NCBI GenBank assembly: GCA_964521295.1
Contig: CAZFRF010000001.1
Span: 7,751-71,750, forward strand
Length of the DNA stretch: 64,000 bases
Direction of reading: 5' to 3'
Source: an uncultured Gammaproteobacteria bacterium
GTDB taxonomy: Bacteria > Patescibacteriota > Microgenomatia > Levybacterales > UBA12049
Every line of letters begins with the position of its first letter. Within the stretch, counting starts at the first letter, position 1. The notes beneath the pieces were generated by a model. The model was not told where the DNA came from and made no database searches. It saw only the letters and a list, made by a program, of their open reading frames with translations. Below are positions 10,301 to 18,346 of this stretch, piece by piece. A program made the translations under genes and the position numbers.

Positions 10301-10592
10301 CTGGATCAACGCATGATGTTCGCCATTCTATTCTGTCATTTAGTTTTGGTTTATAATTGCGTATTTTATAGTCCGTATTGCCTGATAAATTTGTATAACC
10401 AGTCCAAAGATTAATTGGACCTAGATCTTTAGCCCCTTTATACCAAAATCGCACCTGCCAATTTGTACCTACATTATTAAAATTATGAAAATAAATTTGA
10501 GTAATATCTTCTGCAGACGATTTGCCATGTGAGGCTTGGAAAAAAGAAATTGATAGTAAAACAATTATTATTAATTTAAAAAACTTATTCAT
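7389..10592 (-). CDS. Large secreted Cys-rich surface protein (Cys-rich repeats, FN3-like and SdrD-B-like Ig domains, beta-rich C-terminal domain)
   Basis: Signal peptide MNKFFKLIIIVLLSISFFQASHG (start probably 10592; track 10616). Cys-dense region, GLAFNTQYDWYV (FN3-like), TISGNVFIDENKDG (SdrD-B-like), ends WREVAP. Confidence 0.75.
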   Translation of the reverse strand: MNKFFKLIIIVLLSISFFQASHGKSSAEDITQIYFHNFNNVGTNWQVRFWYKGAKDLGPINLWTGYTNLSGNTDYKIRNYKPKLNDRIEWRTSCVDPEFDVKATYVGGPSDPYNVYYLIGTDASCHSGSTNTIKYRGCGKPNNLGAVYFNTKCPANTSNDCVKAGLVDLCSNGQSVCNSNCTRTTYSCNYNYSGSSMCRTNTDKDNRTCVNNGSCDCTKNTDCNNNKTCVSNDCVNRYSCQSNGQCVKKVGGDYASSDCNNKCGPVDECQNDNDCDNVRVCGTGNNSCVRYGTTCEFKGTGIQRHKECVRNTNDVRNLNAAVCGSGCPVGPVDLSSSASCDSSNRAAITFSWSHIPYEDSYDLYYKRHSSANFTRIGKIEPKASGPNTRTVEGLAFNTQYDWYVIGHTTGTHDDPTVKSVTAHRTTGAQTACLGNLTINTFVDYDGNATQDSTDIAAKNIPYDIATDADPTYKSGDTGAAGSVALTRLPANDYTITISGIPSGWTLTTNNPQTKHVVPPANQVANFGIQPPPPTCTGGLTANPTLVHPGVTNQDTSRLTAVGCRTVDNRVPDYKWPTPDHGTTINVNQPTTTWSIESSYNTLNTFAHPTVSVCNPGSNVCRSYEAQIEIVPYFTISGNVFIDENKDGYKNNTDANYSAGQTRIYLYSGSSLPDESTSPLKTVTNNTGAFNFTGLTAGNYTVAYSSKPASYLMTYPKVDGTPNLTVRTGTGQCTTNDGRTPSNSSWKTQCNSGNITNMNFGINNNVPWIQSGGSDIWFNDGYTNQIPLGAVCTEPDGTTHGAYGSIRLRTDSTPGVIYSGNAAPDFGGGQASVNPYNWQVGDIPGVGKYPETYTPSNGIIKTSYNYLLAAATKNGLTIRDLTSYCGGNLNDCDLPNTAAALPNGIYRAEGDLRITENTTFPAGKNYVILVHGNLYIDNEIHVPIGSTVIFSAGPRSNGNGGNIIINRTVGINQANVYDSFQVEGWYSADRNFTLDGENNCPTKDYRLNLQGAIVVNAGLNGGSFINNRDRCADDANCPVFYIQERPDFTLNAPSFLQVAPRIWREVAP

Positions 10593-11295
10593 TATTTGAT
10601 AATTGTGAATACTCATTCGGAAAATTATTTTTTATAAAATTTAATAATTTATCTCCAATGATGATATTTTGTTTAGTTTTAGAAGCGTCAATATTGTTTT
10701 TTAAATCTTGAGCGAGCAGAAAGTATTGATTTGCTTTTATATCATTTTGTGTTTTCGATCTATAACCAGTATTTATTAAATCCATTATTAAAGTAGTTTG
10801 TAGTTCTTTGGGTAGATCGCTTTTTTGAATTTCCTCTACAATATTTAATATCTCCTTTGGTTGAGGTGTGTCTGCGCAGGTTGAATCAATACATGGATAA
10901 TTATAAATTTCCTTATTTTCTGAGTAATATTTAGGAAAATTTTTAGAAGTATATGATTTTATTAATTCAAGTGTTTTAGTGTAATTGGGATCGTTTGTTT
11001 CTGAATAATTAAATACTACTTCAGTAAAAAGTGCTTCAATATATTTTATTTTTTCACTTTCTGACTTTTCAATTGTTATGTTTTTAAAATATTCATCTAT
11101 TTTGCCTCTTCCTGAATAAGGTGAGGGCTTCAGATTGCTAATTGATAAATTAAGTTCATTTAAATCTTTGTCGGAAAATTTAGAATTACTTAAAGGATTT
11201 GAATATTTATCAATTAAACTAATTGCAATTACTGCAACTATTATTAATACAATAATTAAAAATAAAATTGCTATATAAATTCTATTATTAGCCAT
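10585..11295 (-). CDS. Membrane-anchored hypothetical protein
   Basis: N-terminal TM helix, CIDSTC Cys pair, overlaps the start of the downstream surface-protein gene. Confidence 0.7.
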   Translation of the reverse strand: MANNRIYIAILFLIIVLIIVAVIAISLIDKYSNPLSNSKFSDKDLNELNLSISNLKPSPYSGRGKIDEYFKNITIEKSESEKIKYIEALFTEVVFNYSETNDPNYTKTLELIKSYTSKNFPKYYSENKEIYNYPCIDSTCADTPQPKEILNIVEEIQKSDLPKELQTTLIMDLINTGYRSKTQNDIKANQYFLLAQDLKNNIDASKTKQNIIIGDKLLNFIKNNFPNEYSQLSNNE

Positions 11296-11350
11296 AAGAT
11301 GCCTAATTAAAGGGTAAGGTATTATAAATTTTTTGTCAACAGTGGGGGAA

Positions 11351-12139
11351 TTAAATAACTGATGTTAGGAAGCTGTCTACAAATTCTTTCATTCCTTTAG
11401 GAAAAATTGGTGAAGTTACCTCCCAATTATATAGTTGGCATGCTGCATCCCATGCTTTTTGTCTTGTTTCAGGTGATAGACTTTGATCTTTACTTAGATA
11501 GAATAAGCCAACTGTTGCGCTCATGCAGTATCCTTCTCTATCTCTTAATTCCATCTTGTTATTCTTACAGTTTTTTAAATCCTTATTTGGATCTACTCCA
11601 ACTGCATCTAAATAACTAGCAACAGCTTCTGGATCTTTATAGACTTGTTTTGCTAATTTAACGCCATTATTAAGAGAGCCTTTTCTAGGTTCCTTGTCTT
11701 GCATAAATTCTCTTATATCATGGCTAACTTGAGGTGTTGGTTCAGGTGTTGGTTGAGGATTTTCAGTAGGTTTATTAGGCAATGTACAGATAAGAGTTGA
11801 TCCATCAGACATAGTTTGTTTTGCAAGTACAATGCTTGGAGCAGGGTGCTCAACTCCTAAGGCAGTATTGCTTACGCCCGCTGTTTGAATAACATTTGGT
11901 GTTGGTTCTGCGCCTGGAGGTATAACACAGGCTGGAGGAATCATAAGAAAAATCGAAGCATATAAATTAAATGGAACCTCTCCAATTATTTGGGTTTGTT
12001 CAATTTGAGCCGTTTGTGTTTCGGGTTGGGGAGTTGGTGCTTGAGCTAGTGCTCCATGAGACCCTAAAATTTCTGCCCCTGCTACTGCAGTTGCGATTAT
12101 TTTAGCCCTGTGACCTTGTAAAAGCCTTTCTGGACTCAT
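11351..12139 (-). CDS. Hypothetical exported protein with Pro/Thr-rich linkers
   Basis: Signal-peptide-like N-terminus ending ALA-Q, PTPEPTP linkers. Promoter TTGACA-N17-TATTAT upstream. Confidence 0.7.
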   Translation of the reverse strand: MSPERLLQGHRAKIIATAVAGAEILGSHGALAQAPTPQPETQTAQIEQTQIIGEVPFNLYASIFLMIPPACVIPPGAEPTPNVIQTAGVSNTALGVEHPAPSIVLAKQTMSDGSTLICTLPNKPTENPQPTPEPTPQVSHDIREFMQDKEPRKGSLNNGVKLAKQVYKDPEAVASYLDAVGVDPNKDLKNCKNNKMELRDREGYCMSATVGLFYLSKDQSLSPETRQKAWDAACQLYNWEVTSPIFPKGMKEFVDSFLTSVI

Positions 12140-12221
12140 ATCCTATATAATTCCTACCTTGAGTGAATAATACTATGAGGTTAAGTTTTTGTCAAGAGGG
12201 AGGCTAAATTAGATTGCTATT

Positions 12222-12797
12222 TCAATCTAATTGTGTACTCAATATAGTAAAATCGTTATCTTTTCCTATTTCATATTCGATGTTGAATTTTTTTTCATAA
12301 TTTTTTTGGATAAAAAGTAAATCACAGGCTATATCTTCGATCGCAGACGAGTTGTCGGCTGCAATGGTATCCCTATCAATTATTCCGCAGCTTGTGTTTT
12401 TATCAATTTTTAGATTAATAAGCGTGTCTTTATAGTAAAAATATAAATTATCGTCTTTTTTTCTAAAAAAACTTGCGTTAATAGACCAGCTATTGGTATT
12501 TTTTGAATAAATCCTATTGTCACTTAAAAGTTTTATTGCAGATAAACTTTGTTCTGATGAGTACTTATGAGGGAGATCGAAGAAATAATTTGGGTAGTTT
12601 TGGGATAAGGGTATGATATTTAAGTAATTTAAGCAGAGAATTAGAATGACTAAAATCGGAATAAGCAAAATTATTAAAAATATGCTCTTAATGAATCGAT
12701 TTGCGAAAAGTTCAAGTTTTAAAAATGGTTTTCTAAAAGAATATGCGTCTTTTGCATTAGGTTGATATTGTAGATCATTTACGTTTGATTCCTGCAT
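12222..12797 (-). CDS. Membrane-anchored hypothetical protein
   Basis: 191-aa ORF with a single TM segment. Confidence 0.65.
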   Translation of the reverse strand: MQESNVNDLQYQPNAKDAYSFRKPFLKLELFANRFIKSIFLIILLIPILVILILCLNYLNIIPLSQNYPNYFFDLPHKYSSEQSLSAIKLLSDNRIYSKNTNSWSINASFFRKKDDNLYFYYKDTLINLKIDKNTSCGIIDRDTIAADNSSAIEDIACDLLFIQKNYEKKFNIEYEIGKDNDFTILSTQLD

Positions 12798-12810
12798 AAA
12801 TTAACGCAAT

Positions 12811-13464
12811 TTACTGACTGACAACTGGCTGCGTGGTAGGGGATGTTGTAATAAGTGTAATTTGTCCGTCTTTTGTTTCTTTTAGAAGTGATTCATCTGT
12901 GCCATTGCCGTGGACGCTTGTTTTAGGCATAAAATTGAAAGATGTAGTTGGGACATCAGGGTTAGGAGTGAGTGTAAAAGTAATTTTAGCTAAGTTTCCT
13001 TTAGACATTACTCCGGATTCACCTAATGATGTGCCAATTGCGTAGGATATTCTACCGTTGGGTTGGTCAATTGTTTTTAAAGCTTCAGTAGCTGAGCTAA
13101 AATAATCTAATGGAGAAATGGTTACATTAGAAACAACTTTTGGATCATAGTAAAGTTCTAGCTGGACTCCAGTTACTGTATTTTTGCCAGAATCAAGATA
13201 AACAATAGAAGAATATGTTCCATCTGAATTCTTTTCTGCATTGAGAACAGAAAGAGTCGAGTCAGCATTATTTTCTTTTACCATTGGAGTTTGCTTTAGG
13301 ACTTCATTTAGCTTTCCTTTTGGAGAAATGGCTACGTATGTAAGTAAAGCTGCGATAATTGCAAGTAAAACAATTAAGAGAATTGTTTTTAATGGCACAC
13401 CAAATGAAGATTCTGTATGCGCTTCTGGTTTAGCCTCTGGTTGTTTAACTTGTTGTTCGTCCAT
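12811..13464 (-). CDS. Membrane-anchored cohesin-domain protein
   Basis: TM helix followed by VTGVQLELYYDP ... GRISYA ... GNLAKITF, typical cohesin strands. Confidence 0.8.
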   Translation of the reverse strand: MDEQQVKQPEAKPEAHTESSFGVPLKTILLIVLLAIIAALLTYVAISPKGKLNEVLKQTPMVKENNADSTLSVLNAEKNSDGTYSSIVYLDSGKNTVTGVQLELYYDPKVVSNVTISPLDYFSSATEALKTIDQPNGRISYAIGTSLGESGVMSKGNLAKITFTLTPNPDVPTTSFNFMPKTSVHGNGTDESLLKETKDGQITLITTSPTTQPVVSQ

Positions 13465-13503
13465 AAAATAATTGTTAACTATTTAAAAATTCTTGTCAAT
13501 TAC

Positions 13504-15024
13504 TTAATCTCCATTTTGAATAGAAAATTCTTGGAGGAAGTAAATATAATCGATTTGGTCAATGGTTCCGTCGTCGTTGATATCTGCATTTAATTTATAA
13601 ATGTCATTTGAATTGCAGGCGGTTTTGTCGGAATCTGTCTTAGCAAAGATAGAGCAGGAGACAAATAGGTTATAATCTTCAATTCCAATACTATTATTCA
13701 TATTAATATCGCCATTAGTAAGATTAACAGCAGGGATAGCATTGTGTTCTTTTTTTGGATCAATGAAAACAGTGCCGGGAATTTGTTTAGTTAAAAAGCC
13801 TGGAATAGTAAGTTTTACAATATAATTTCCCGCTACTAAGTCGTATCCATTTCCATTTTCTATTTCCAATGAGCCAATAAATTTACCATAATTAGCTGTT
13901 GTTTCTTCTGCTTGATAATTAACTTTAGTGTGTGCCTCGCCAAATTTTTCATTTTTTAAATTATAGATTTCAAGCTTTACTTCTCTTTCTGTATGGACTG
14001 GATTTTTATTTGATGCTGTAAATGCAGGAACTCTATTTGTTCCAGTAGTTCCAATAGTGTCAAGTCCAAGCACCACATCTAAATTAAATGTGTCTTTAGG
14101 TGCTGGGTCAGTTTGGCAGGATGCGCCTTCTGTAGTGCATCCTCCTGTGTTTGCTCCACAAGCAGCAACTTTGACACATGCTTTATTTTGACATTCAAAA
14201 TGTGGATTTGAATTGGTTCCCGTACAAGTTGGACCTGACTCCTGAATTGTATATTTAAGAGCAAAGCTATCTTTTTTAGCAGGTTTTGCTTTGTTAGCAA
14301 CTTCAATATTAATTGTTTTGGTTCCAGTTGCTCCTGCTTTCGATTTAATTTTTACCTTAGCAGTATCCTCTTTGCCATTTTTTAAAGTTGAAATTGCATT
14401 TGGTACAAAATCTACAGTCCAGTTAGTAGGTAAATTTAACGCAGTAAGTTTAAAGTTCGCGGGATCACAGCGAATATTATTGTTTTTAACGTTAATGGTA
14501 TATGTAAGTATTGAGCCTGCAGCTCCGGTTTTCTCAGCTTCACTTGAGGTAATAGTTGGATTTAGCTCTTTACATTCTGCTGTTACTACGTAGCCAATGT
14601 TTTTAACAATATCTTTTGCGTTTGCATTATTAATATTAGTAGCAGCAACAGAGTTGATGTTGTGTGTTCCGACTGTGGCATCTCTTGGGGGAGTTACTGT
14701 TCCATTGAAGTTAACTGTAGCATTTTCTGCAACAGTTACTACGTTAGTATTGCTGACCTTGTCTCCTGCAAAGTCAATTTTCCAACCTGAGGTTGCACTT
14801 CCGGGCAGATTTGCGGTTAACTTGTATTTCTTAGCGCCATCTGCTGCAGCACAATTTTTAAGTTGGAAATGGTAGGTTACAGAGTTTGGGTGATTTGTAT
14901 GTCCTGTTAATTTAAGAATTGGATCAGGACAAGCAGCGTTTGCTGAAGTTGTGGTGAAGGAAAAAACGCTTAAAACGAAAAATGATATTAATAAAACCTT
15001 AATTGATTTAATTAGGAAATGCAT
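13504..15024 (-). CDS. Secreted protein with NEW3/Ig-like domains and a C-terminal dockerin
   Basis: Signal peptide; two NEW3-like repeats (YTINVKNN...NLPTNWTVDF); Cys-rich linker; duplicated Ca-binding loops GDINMNNSIGIEDY and ADINDDGTIDQIDY. Confidence 0.8.
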   Translation of the reverse strand: MHFLIKSIKVLLISFFVLSVFSFTTTSANAACPDPILKLTGHTNHPNSVTYHFQLKNCAAADGAKKYKLTANLPGSATSGWKIDFAGDKVSNTNVVTVAENATVNFNGTVTPPRDATVGTHNINSVAATNINNANAKDIVKNIGYVVTAECKELNPTITSSEAEKTGAAGSILTYTINVKNNNIRCDPANFKLTALNLPTNWTVDFVPNAISTLKNGKEDTAKVKIKSKAGATGTKTINIEVANKAKPAKKDSFALKYTIQESGPTCTGTNSNPHFECQNKACVKVAACGANTGGCTTEGASCQTDPAPKDTFNLDVVLGLDTIGTTGTNRVPAFTASNKNPVHTEREVKLEIYNLKNEKFGEAHTKVNYQAEETTANYGKFIGSLEIENGNGYDLVAGNYIVKLTIPGFLTKQIPGTVFIDPKKEHNAIPAVNLTNGDINMNNSIGIEDYNLFVSCSIFAKTDSDKTACNSNDIYKLNADINDDGTIDQIDYIYFLQEFSIQNGD

Positions 15025-15086
15025 ATAAATCCTTAGAATTAGAATAGTATAGTCTTAAAGACTTTGTCAAGAAGAGTAATTAAAGC

Positions 15087-15115
15087 TTGAAAACTAGGCA
15101 AGATATTTGTATAAT
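15087..15115 (+). promoter_or_regulatory. rpsB promoter TTGAAA-N17-TATAAT
   Basis: Near-consensus hexamers upstream of the structured rpsB leader. Confidence 0.7.
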
Positions 15116-15121
15116 ACTTCT

Positions 15122-15193
15122 TATCACTCACATTCAAACAAAGTTTCTGAGAGTAAAATCCTCGTTTGAATGGCGGAATAAGAAACTTAAAAT
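15122..15193 (+). ncRNA. rpsB (S2) leader, putative autoregulatory RNA with pseudoknot
   Basis: CATTCAAAC (15131-15139) pairs with GTTTGAATG (15164-15172) followed by GCGGA. AAGTTTCT (15141-15148) is complementary to AGAAACTT (15181-15188). Position matches known S2 leaders. Confidence 0.65.
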
Positions 15194-16036
15194 ATGAAAG
15201 ATATATCACTAGAACAACTTCTTGAAGCCGGATGTCATTTTGGCCATCAAGTAACCAGATCAAACCCTAAAGCTAGGGATTTTGTTTTCGAGGCAAGAGA
15301 CAATATTCAAATTATTGACTTAGGTAAAACCAAGGAAGGATTAGATGCAGCAGCAGCATTTGTTAAAACACTTGGGCAAGCAGGTAAAACATTTTTGGTT
15401 ATTGGTACTAAAAAACAAGCAAAGCAAATAATTGAAGAAGAAGTTAAAAGAGGAAGAGAAGAATTGGGCGAAGAGGGATCAGCTAAGCTCTATTACATTA
15501 CTCAAAGATGGGTTGGTGGAATTTTAACTAATTTCCCAGAGGTTTCTAAGAATTTCAAAAAACTTTCTGAATTAAAAGCTAATTTAGCAACAGCTGAAAT
15601 GAAAGCTAAATATACTAAAAAAGAAATCGGTCTTTTTGATAAAGAAAGACAAAGATTAGAAGGTTTCTATTCAGGGATTGTGGGAATGACTCAAAAACCA
15701 GACGCGCTCTTTATTATTGATTCTCATATGGAGAATCTAGCAGTTAGAGAGGCACTATCAACTCATGTTCCAACAGTCGCTATTGTTGATACAAATGCAG
15801 ATCCATATATTATTGATCATCCAATTCCAGCAAATGATGATGCTGTTGGTAGCATTAAATTAATTGTAGGACATATTATTGATGCTTTTGTTGAAGGAGT
15901 TAAGCATCCAGAGAAAAAAGCAGTTGAGAAACCAGCTAAAGAAGAATCAAAATCAAAAGAAGCTAAAGAAACTCCAAAAGAAGAAAAGAAGGAAGTTAAG
16001 AAAGCTACTAAAGTAAAAAAGACAACCAAAAAATAA
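15194..16036 (+). CDS. rpsB: 30S ribosomal protein S2
   Basis: LLEAGCHFGH, RWVGGILTNF, PANDDA. Confidence 0.97.
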   Translation: MKDISLEQLLEAGCHFGHQVTRSNPKARDFVFEARDNIQIIDLGKTKEGLDAAAAFVKTLGQAGKTFLVIGTKKQAKQIIEEEVKRGREELGEEGSAKLYYITQRWVGGILTNFPEVSKNFKKLSELKANLATAEMKAKYTKKEIGLFDKERQRLEGFYSGIVGMTQKPDALFIIDSHMENLAVREALSTHVPTVAIVDTNADPYIIDHPIPANDDAVGSIKLIVGHIIDAFVEGVKHPEKKAVEKPAKEESKSKEAKETPKEEKKEVKKATKVKKTTKK

Positions 16037-16037
16037 T

Positions 16038-16490
16038 ATGGCATTAGACGTAACGCTTATTAAAAAATTAAGAGACGAAACTTCAGCCTCTATTGCAGAT
16101 TGCAGAAAAGCCCTTGAAGAAACAGATGGCAATTACGAAAAAGCTTTGGATTGGTTGAAAAAACATGGTATAGAAAAAGCTGAGAAAAAAGCAGACAGGG
16201 AAACAGGCCAAGGGTTAGTTGAATCATATATTCATCAAAATGGTAAAGTAGGATCTGTACTCGTTATTCTTTGTGAAACAGATTTTGTTGCTAGAACTGA
16301 GGATTTCAAGAAATTAGCCCATGAAATTGCAATGCAAGTTGCAGCTATGGATCCTAAAGACGTTGACACCTTATTAAAACAAGAATATATTAGAGACAAC
16401 TCTGTTACTATTAATGATTTAGTAAAGCAAACGATAGCAAAGCTCGGAGAAAACATTGTAGTAAGAGAATTTAAAAGATTTGAAATATAA
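16038..16490 (+). CDS. tsf: Elongation factor Ts (short form)
   Basis: IKKLRDETSAS..DCRKAL, CETDFVAR; follows rpsB. Confidence 0.95.
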   Translation: MALDVTLIKKLRDETSASIADCRKALEETDGNYEKALDWLKKHGIEKAEKKADRETGQGLVESYIHQNGKVGSVLVILCETDFVARTEDFKKLAHEIAMQVAAMDPKDVDTLLKQEYIRDNSVTINDLVKQTIAKLGENIVVREFKRFEI

Positions 16491-17050
16491 TGGATTCTAA
16501 TTTATCTCAGGCACAAGTTAATATGAAAAAAGTCCTGGAGGTCTTAAACACAGATCTTTCCACAGTCAGGGCTGGAAAAGCATCCCCATCTTTAGTTGAT
16601 AATATAATGGTTGGCGCATATGGCGGAACTCAAAAACTAAGAGTAATGGAGCTTGCTCAAATTCACGCATTAGATAATCAAACTTTAGCTATAACACCAT
16701 ACGACGCATCAATAATTGGTGAAATTAAAAATGCAATTTTAGAATCTAATACAGGGCTTACGCCAGTAATAGATGGACAAGTTATTAGAATTTCAATCCC
16801 TCCATTGTCAGAAGAGAGAAGACAGCAATTAGTTCACTTGGTAAATCAAAAATTAGAAGGTGGAAGAATTCAGGTTAGACAAGTTAGACATGAGGAAATG
16901 GAAGCTATTAAAAAAAGTTTTGCTGATAAATTAATTACAGAAGATGATAGGGATAGGCTTGAAAAAGAAGTGCAGAAAATAACTGATGAAACTATTGCTA
17001 CAATTGACTCTATGGGAAAGCAAAAAGAAACAGAGTTAATGCAAATTTAA
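16490..17050 (+). CDS. frr: Ribosome recycling factor
   Basis: VRAGKA, IPPLSEERRQQLV, VRQVR. Confidence 0.95.
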   Translation: MDSNLSQAQVNMKKVLEVLNTDLSTVRAGKASPSLVDNIMVGAYGGTQKLRVMELAQIHALDNQTLAITPYDASIIGEIKNAILESNTGLTPVIDGQVIRISIPPLSEERRQQLVHLVNQKLEGGRIQVRQVRHEEMEAIKKSFADKLITEDDRDRLEKEVQKITDETIATIDSMGKQKETELMQI

Positions 17051-17055
17051 CTTTA

Positions 17056-17181
17056 ATGAATTATAAAAATAGTGAAATTGAAGTACGCTTCTTAAGCATT
17101 AATCCTCAAGTCATAATTACAAAACTCAAGCAAAATAAGGCAGCTGAAGAGGTTTTACTAAGGAGAATTTGTGTTTATTAG
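17056..17181 (+). pseudogene. Truncated CYTH-family gene remnant (41 codons)
   Basis: Translates MNYKNSEIEVRFLSINPQVIITKLKQNKAAEEVLLRRICVY*, which aligns with the N-terminus of the CYTH gene at 20089 (MNTNNKEIEARFLEIEYKEIIKKLKKLKA...LLKELIFY). Confidence 0.75.
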
Positions 17182-17209
17182 AAAAATAAATAATATATAA
17201 TCAATACTT

Positions 17210-17779
17210 ATGAAAATAATTCTTGGTTCTTCTTCTAAATTTAGAAATCAAATTATGCAAGATCTGGGTTATAATTATGATGTTATCTCTCCCGATATAG
17301 ATGAAAAGAATATTCGAGATTTAGACCCAAAAAAAATGGTTTTAAAAATTGCTTATGCCAAAGCATCAGCTATTGCTAGTAAAATTAAACAACCTGCCCT
17401 AATAATTACAGCAGATCAGGTAATATCTTTTAACGGAGTAGTAAGAGAAAAGCCGACCTCTGAGAAGGAGGCATATCAATTTCTTTCTAGTTACAATAGT
17501 AAGTCATTAGAGACGATAAATGGGGTAGTTGTTACAAATACAAAAACTGGCGTTCAAAATTCTGGTTTAGATATTGTTAAGGTGTATTTACGTCCAATTC
17601 CGAAGGAGATAATATATCAATTGATTGCAGAGGGAGAAATATTTAATTGTGCTGGAGCATTAAGATTAGAAGATCCTTTAATGAAGCCTTATATAAAAAA
17701 AATAGATGGATCTATAGATAGTTTAATGGGGTTACCTAAAATACTTACCAAAAGATTAATAACTAGCATAATGTCATAG
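17210..17779 (+). CDS. maf: Maf-family nucleoside triphosphate pyrophosphatase
   Basis: IILGSSSKFR, PDIDEK, A.AKA, ITADQV, EKP, CAGAL and MGLP motifs. Confidence 0.92.
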   Translation: MKIILGSSSKFRNQIMQDLGYNYDVISPDIDEKNIRDLDPKKMVLKIAYAKASAIASKIKQPALIITADQVISFNGVVREKPTSEKEAYQFLSSYNSKSLETINGVVVTNTKTGVQNSGLDIVKVYLRPIPKEIIYQLIAEGEIFNCAGALRLEDPLMKPYIKKIDGSIDSLMGLPKILTKRLITSIMS

Positions 17780-17830
17780 ATTTTAAGTTAACTTGTATTA
17801 TAGGACTAATTATGATAGTATTGCTTGATT

Positions 17831-18346
17831 ATGGTAAGTGAAGCAAAAGATAAATTGATTCCTCAGCCAAATTTAATGTCTGCATATACAAAACAAAGGT
17901 TAATCGAGGATTTGGCGAGAGCAGAGGCTGAATTAGCTGAGGCGAAGCGTCAAATTGGAGAGGCAGCAGGCGGAAGCCACGATTGGCATGATAATTTTGC
18001 ATATGAACAAGCTACGAGAGATGCTCAGCTTAATATGACTAGGGTTTTAAATTTACGCGCTGCATTAACAAATGTAGCTATAATTGCCCCACGGGAAAGA
18101 GTGGATACTATAGGAATAGGCAACAATGTTATGGTTTCATTTGAAAATCAAGATGGAGAAGAGTTTTCATTACTTGGTCCTCAAGATGTGAATTATCAGC
18201 CTCATGCTATTTCCTTTTATTCTCCATTGGGAGCGCAGTTATTGGGTAAAACCACTGGTGACTCTGTTAAGTTTAAGGTAAAAGAAAGAGAGCTAACGGT
18301 TAAAGTGATAGAGGTTAGGCCGGGTGCTTTTAGAAATGCGCAATGA
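17831..18346 (+). CDS. GreA/GreB-like transcription factor with atypical tip (HDWHDNFAY)
   Basis: N-terminal coiled coil, ISFYSPLGAQLLGK C-terminal motif. Start ATG 17831 follows TTGTAT-N17-TAGTAT. Confidence 0.85.
   Translation: MVSEAKDKLIPQPNLMSAYTKQRLIEDLARAEAELAEAKRQIGEAAGGSHDWHDNFAYEQATRDAQLNMTRVLNLRAALTNVAIIAPRERVDTIGIGNNVMVSFENQDGEEFSLLGPQDVNYQPHAISFYSPLGAQLLGKTTGDSVKFKVKERELTVKVIEVRPGAFRNAQ

Noticed and set aside
8248-14875. Numerous short plus-strand and alternate-frame ORFs within the surface-protein block
   Set aside because: Antisense or off-frame shadows of long, well-supported minus-strand genes. The same applies to similar short track ORFs throughout the window.
15039-15263. 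74-aa minus-strand ORF over the rpsB leader
   Set aside because: It overlaps the rpsB promoter, leader and start, and has no protein features.
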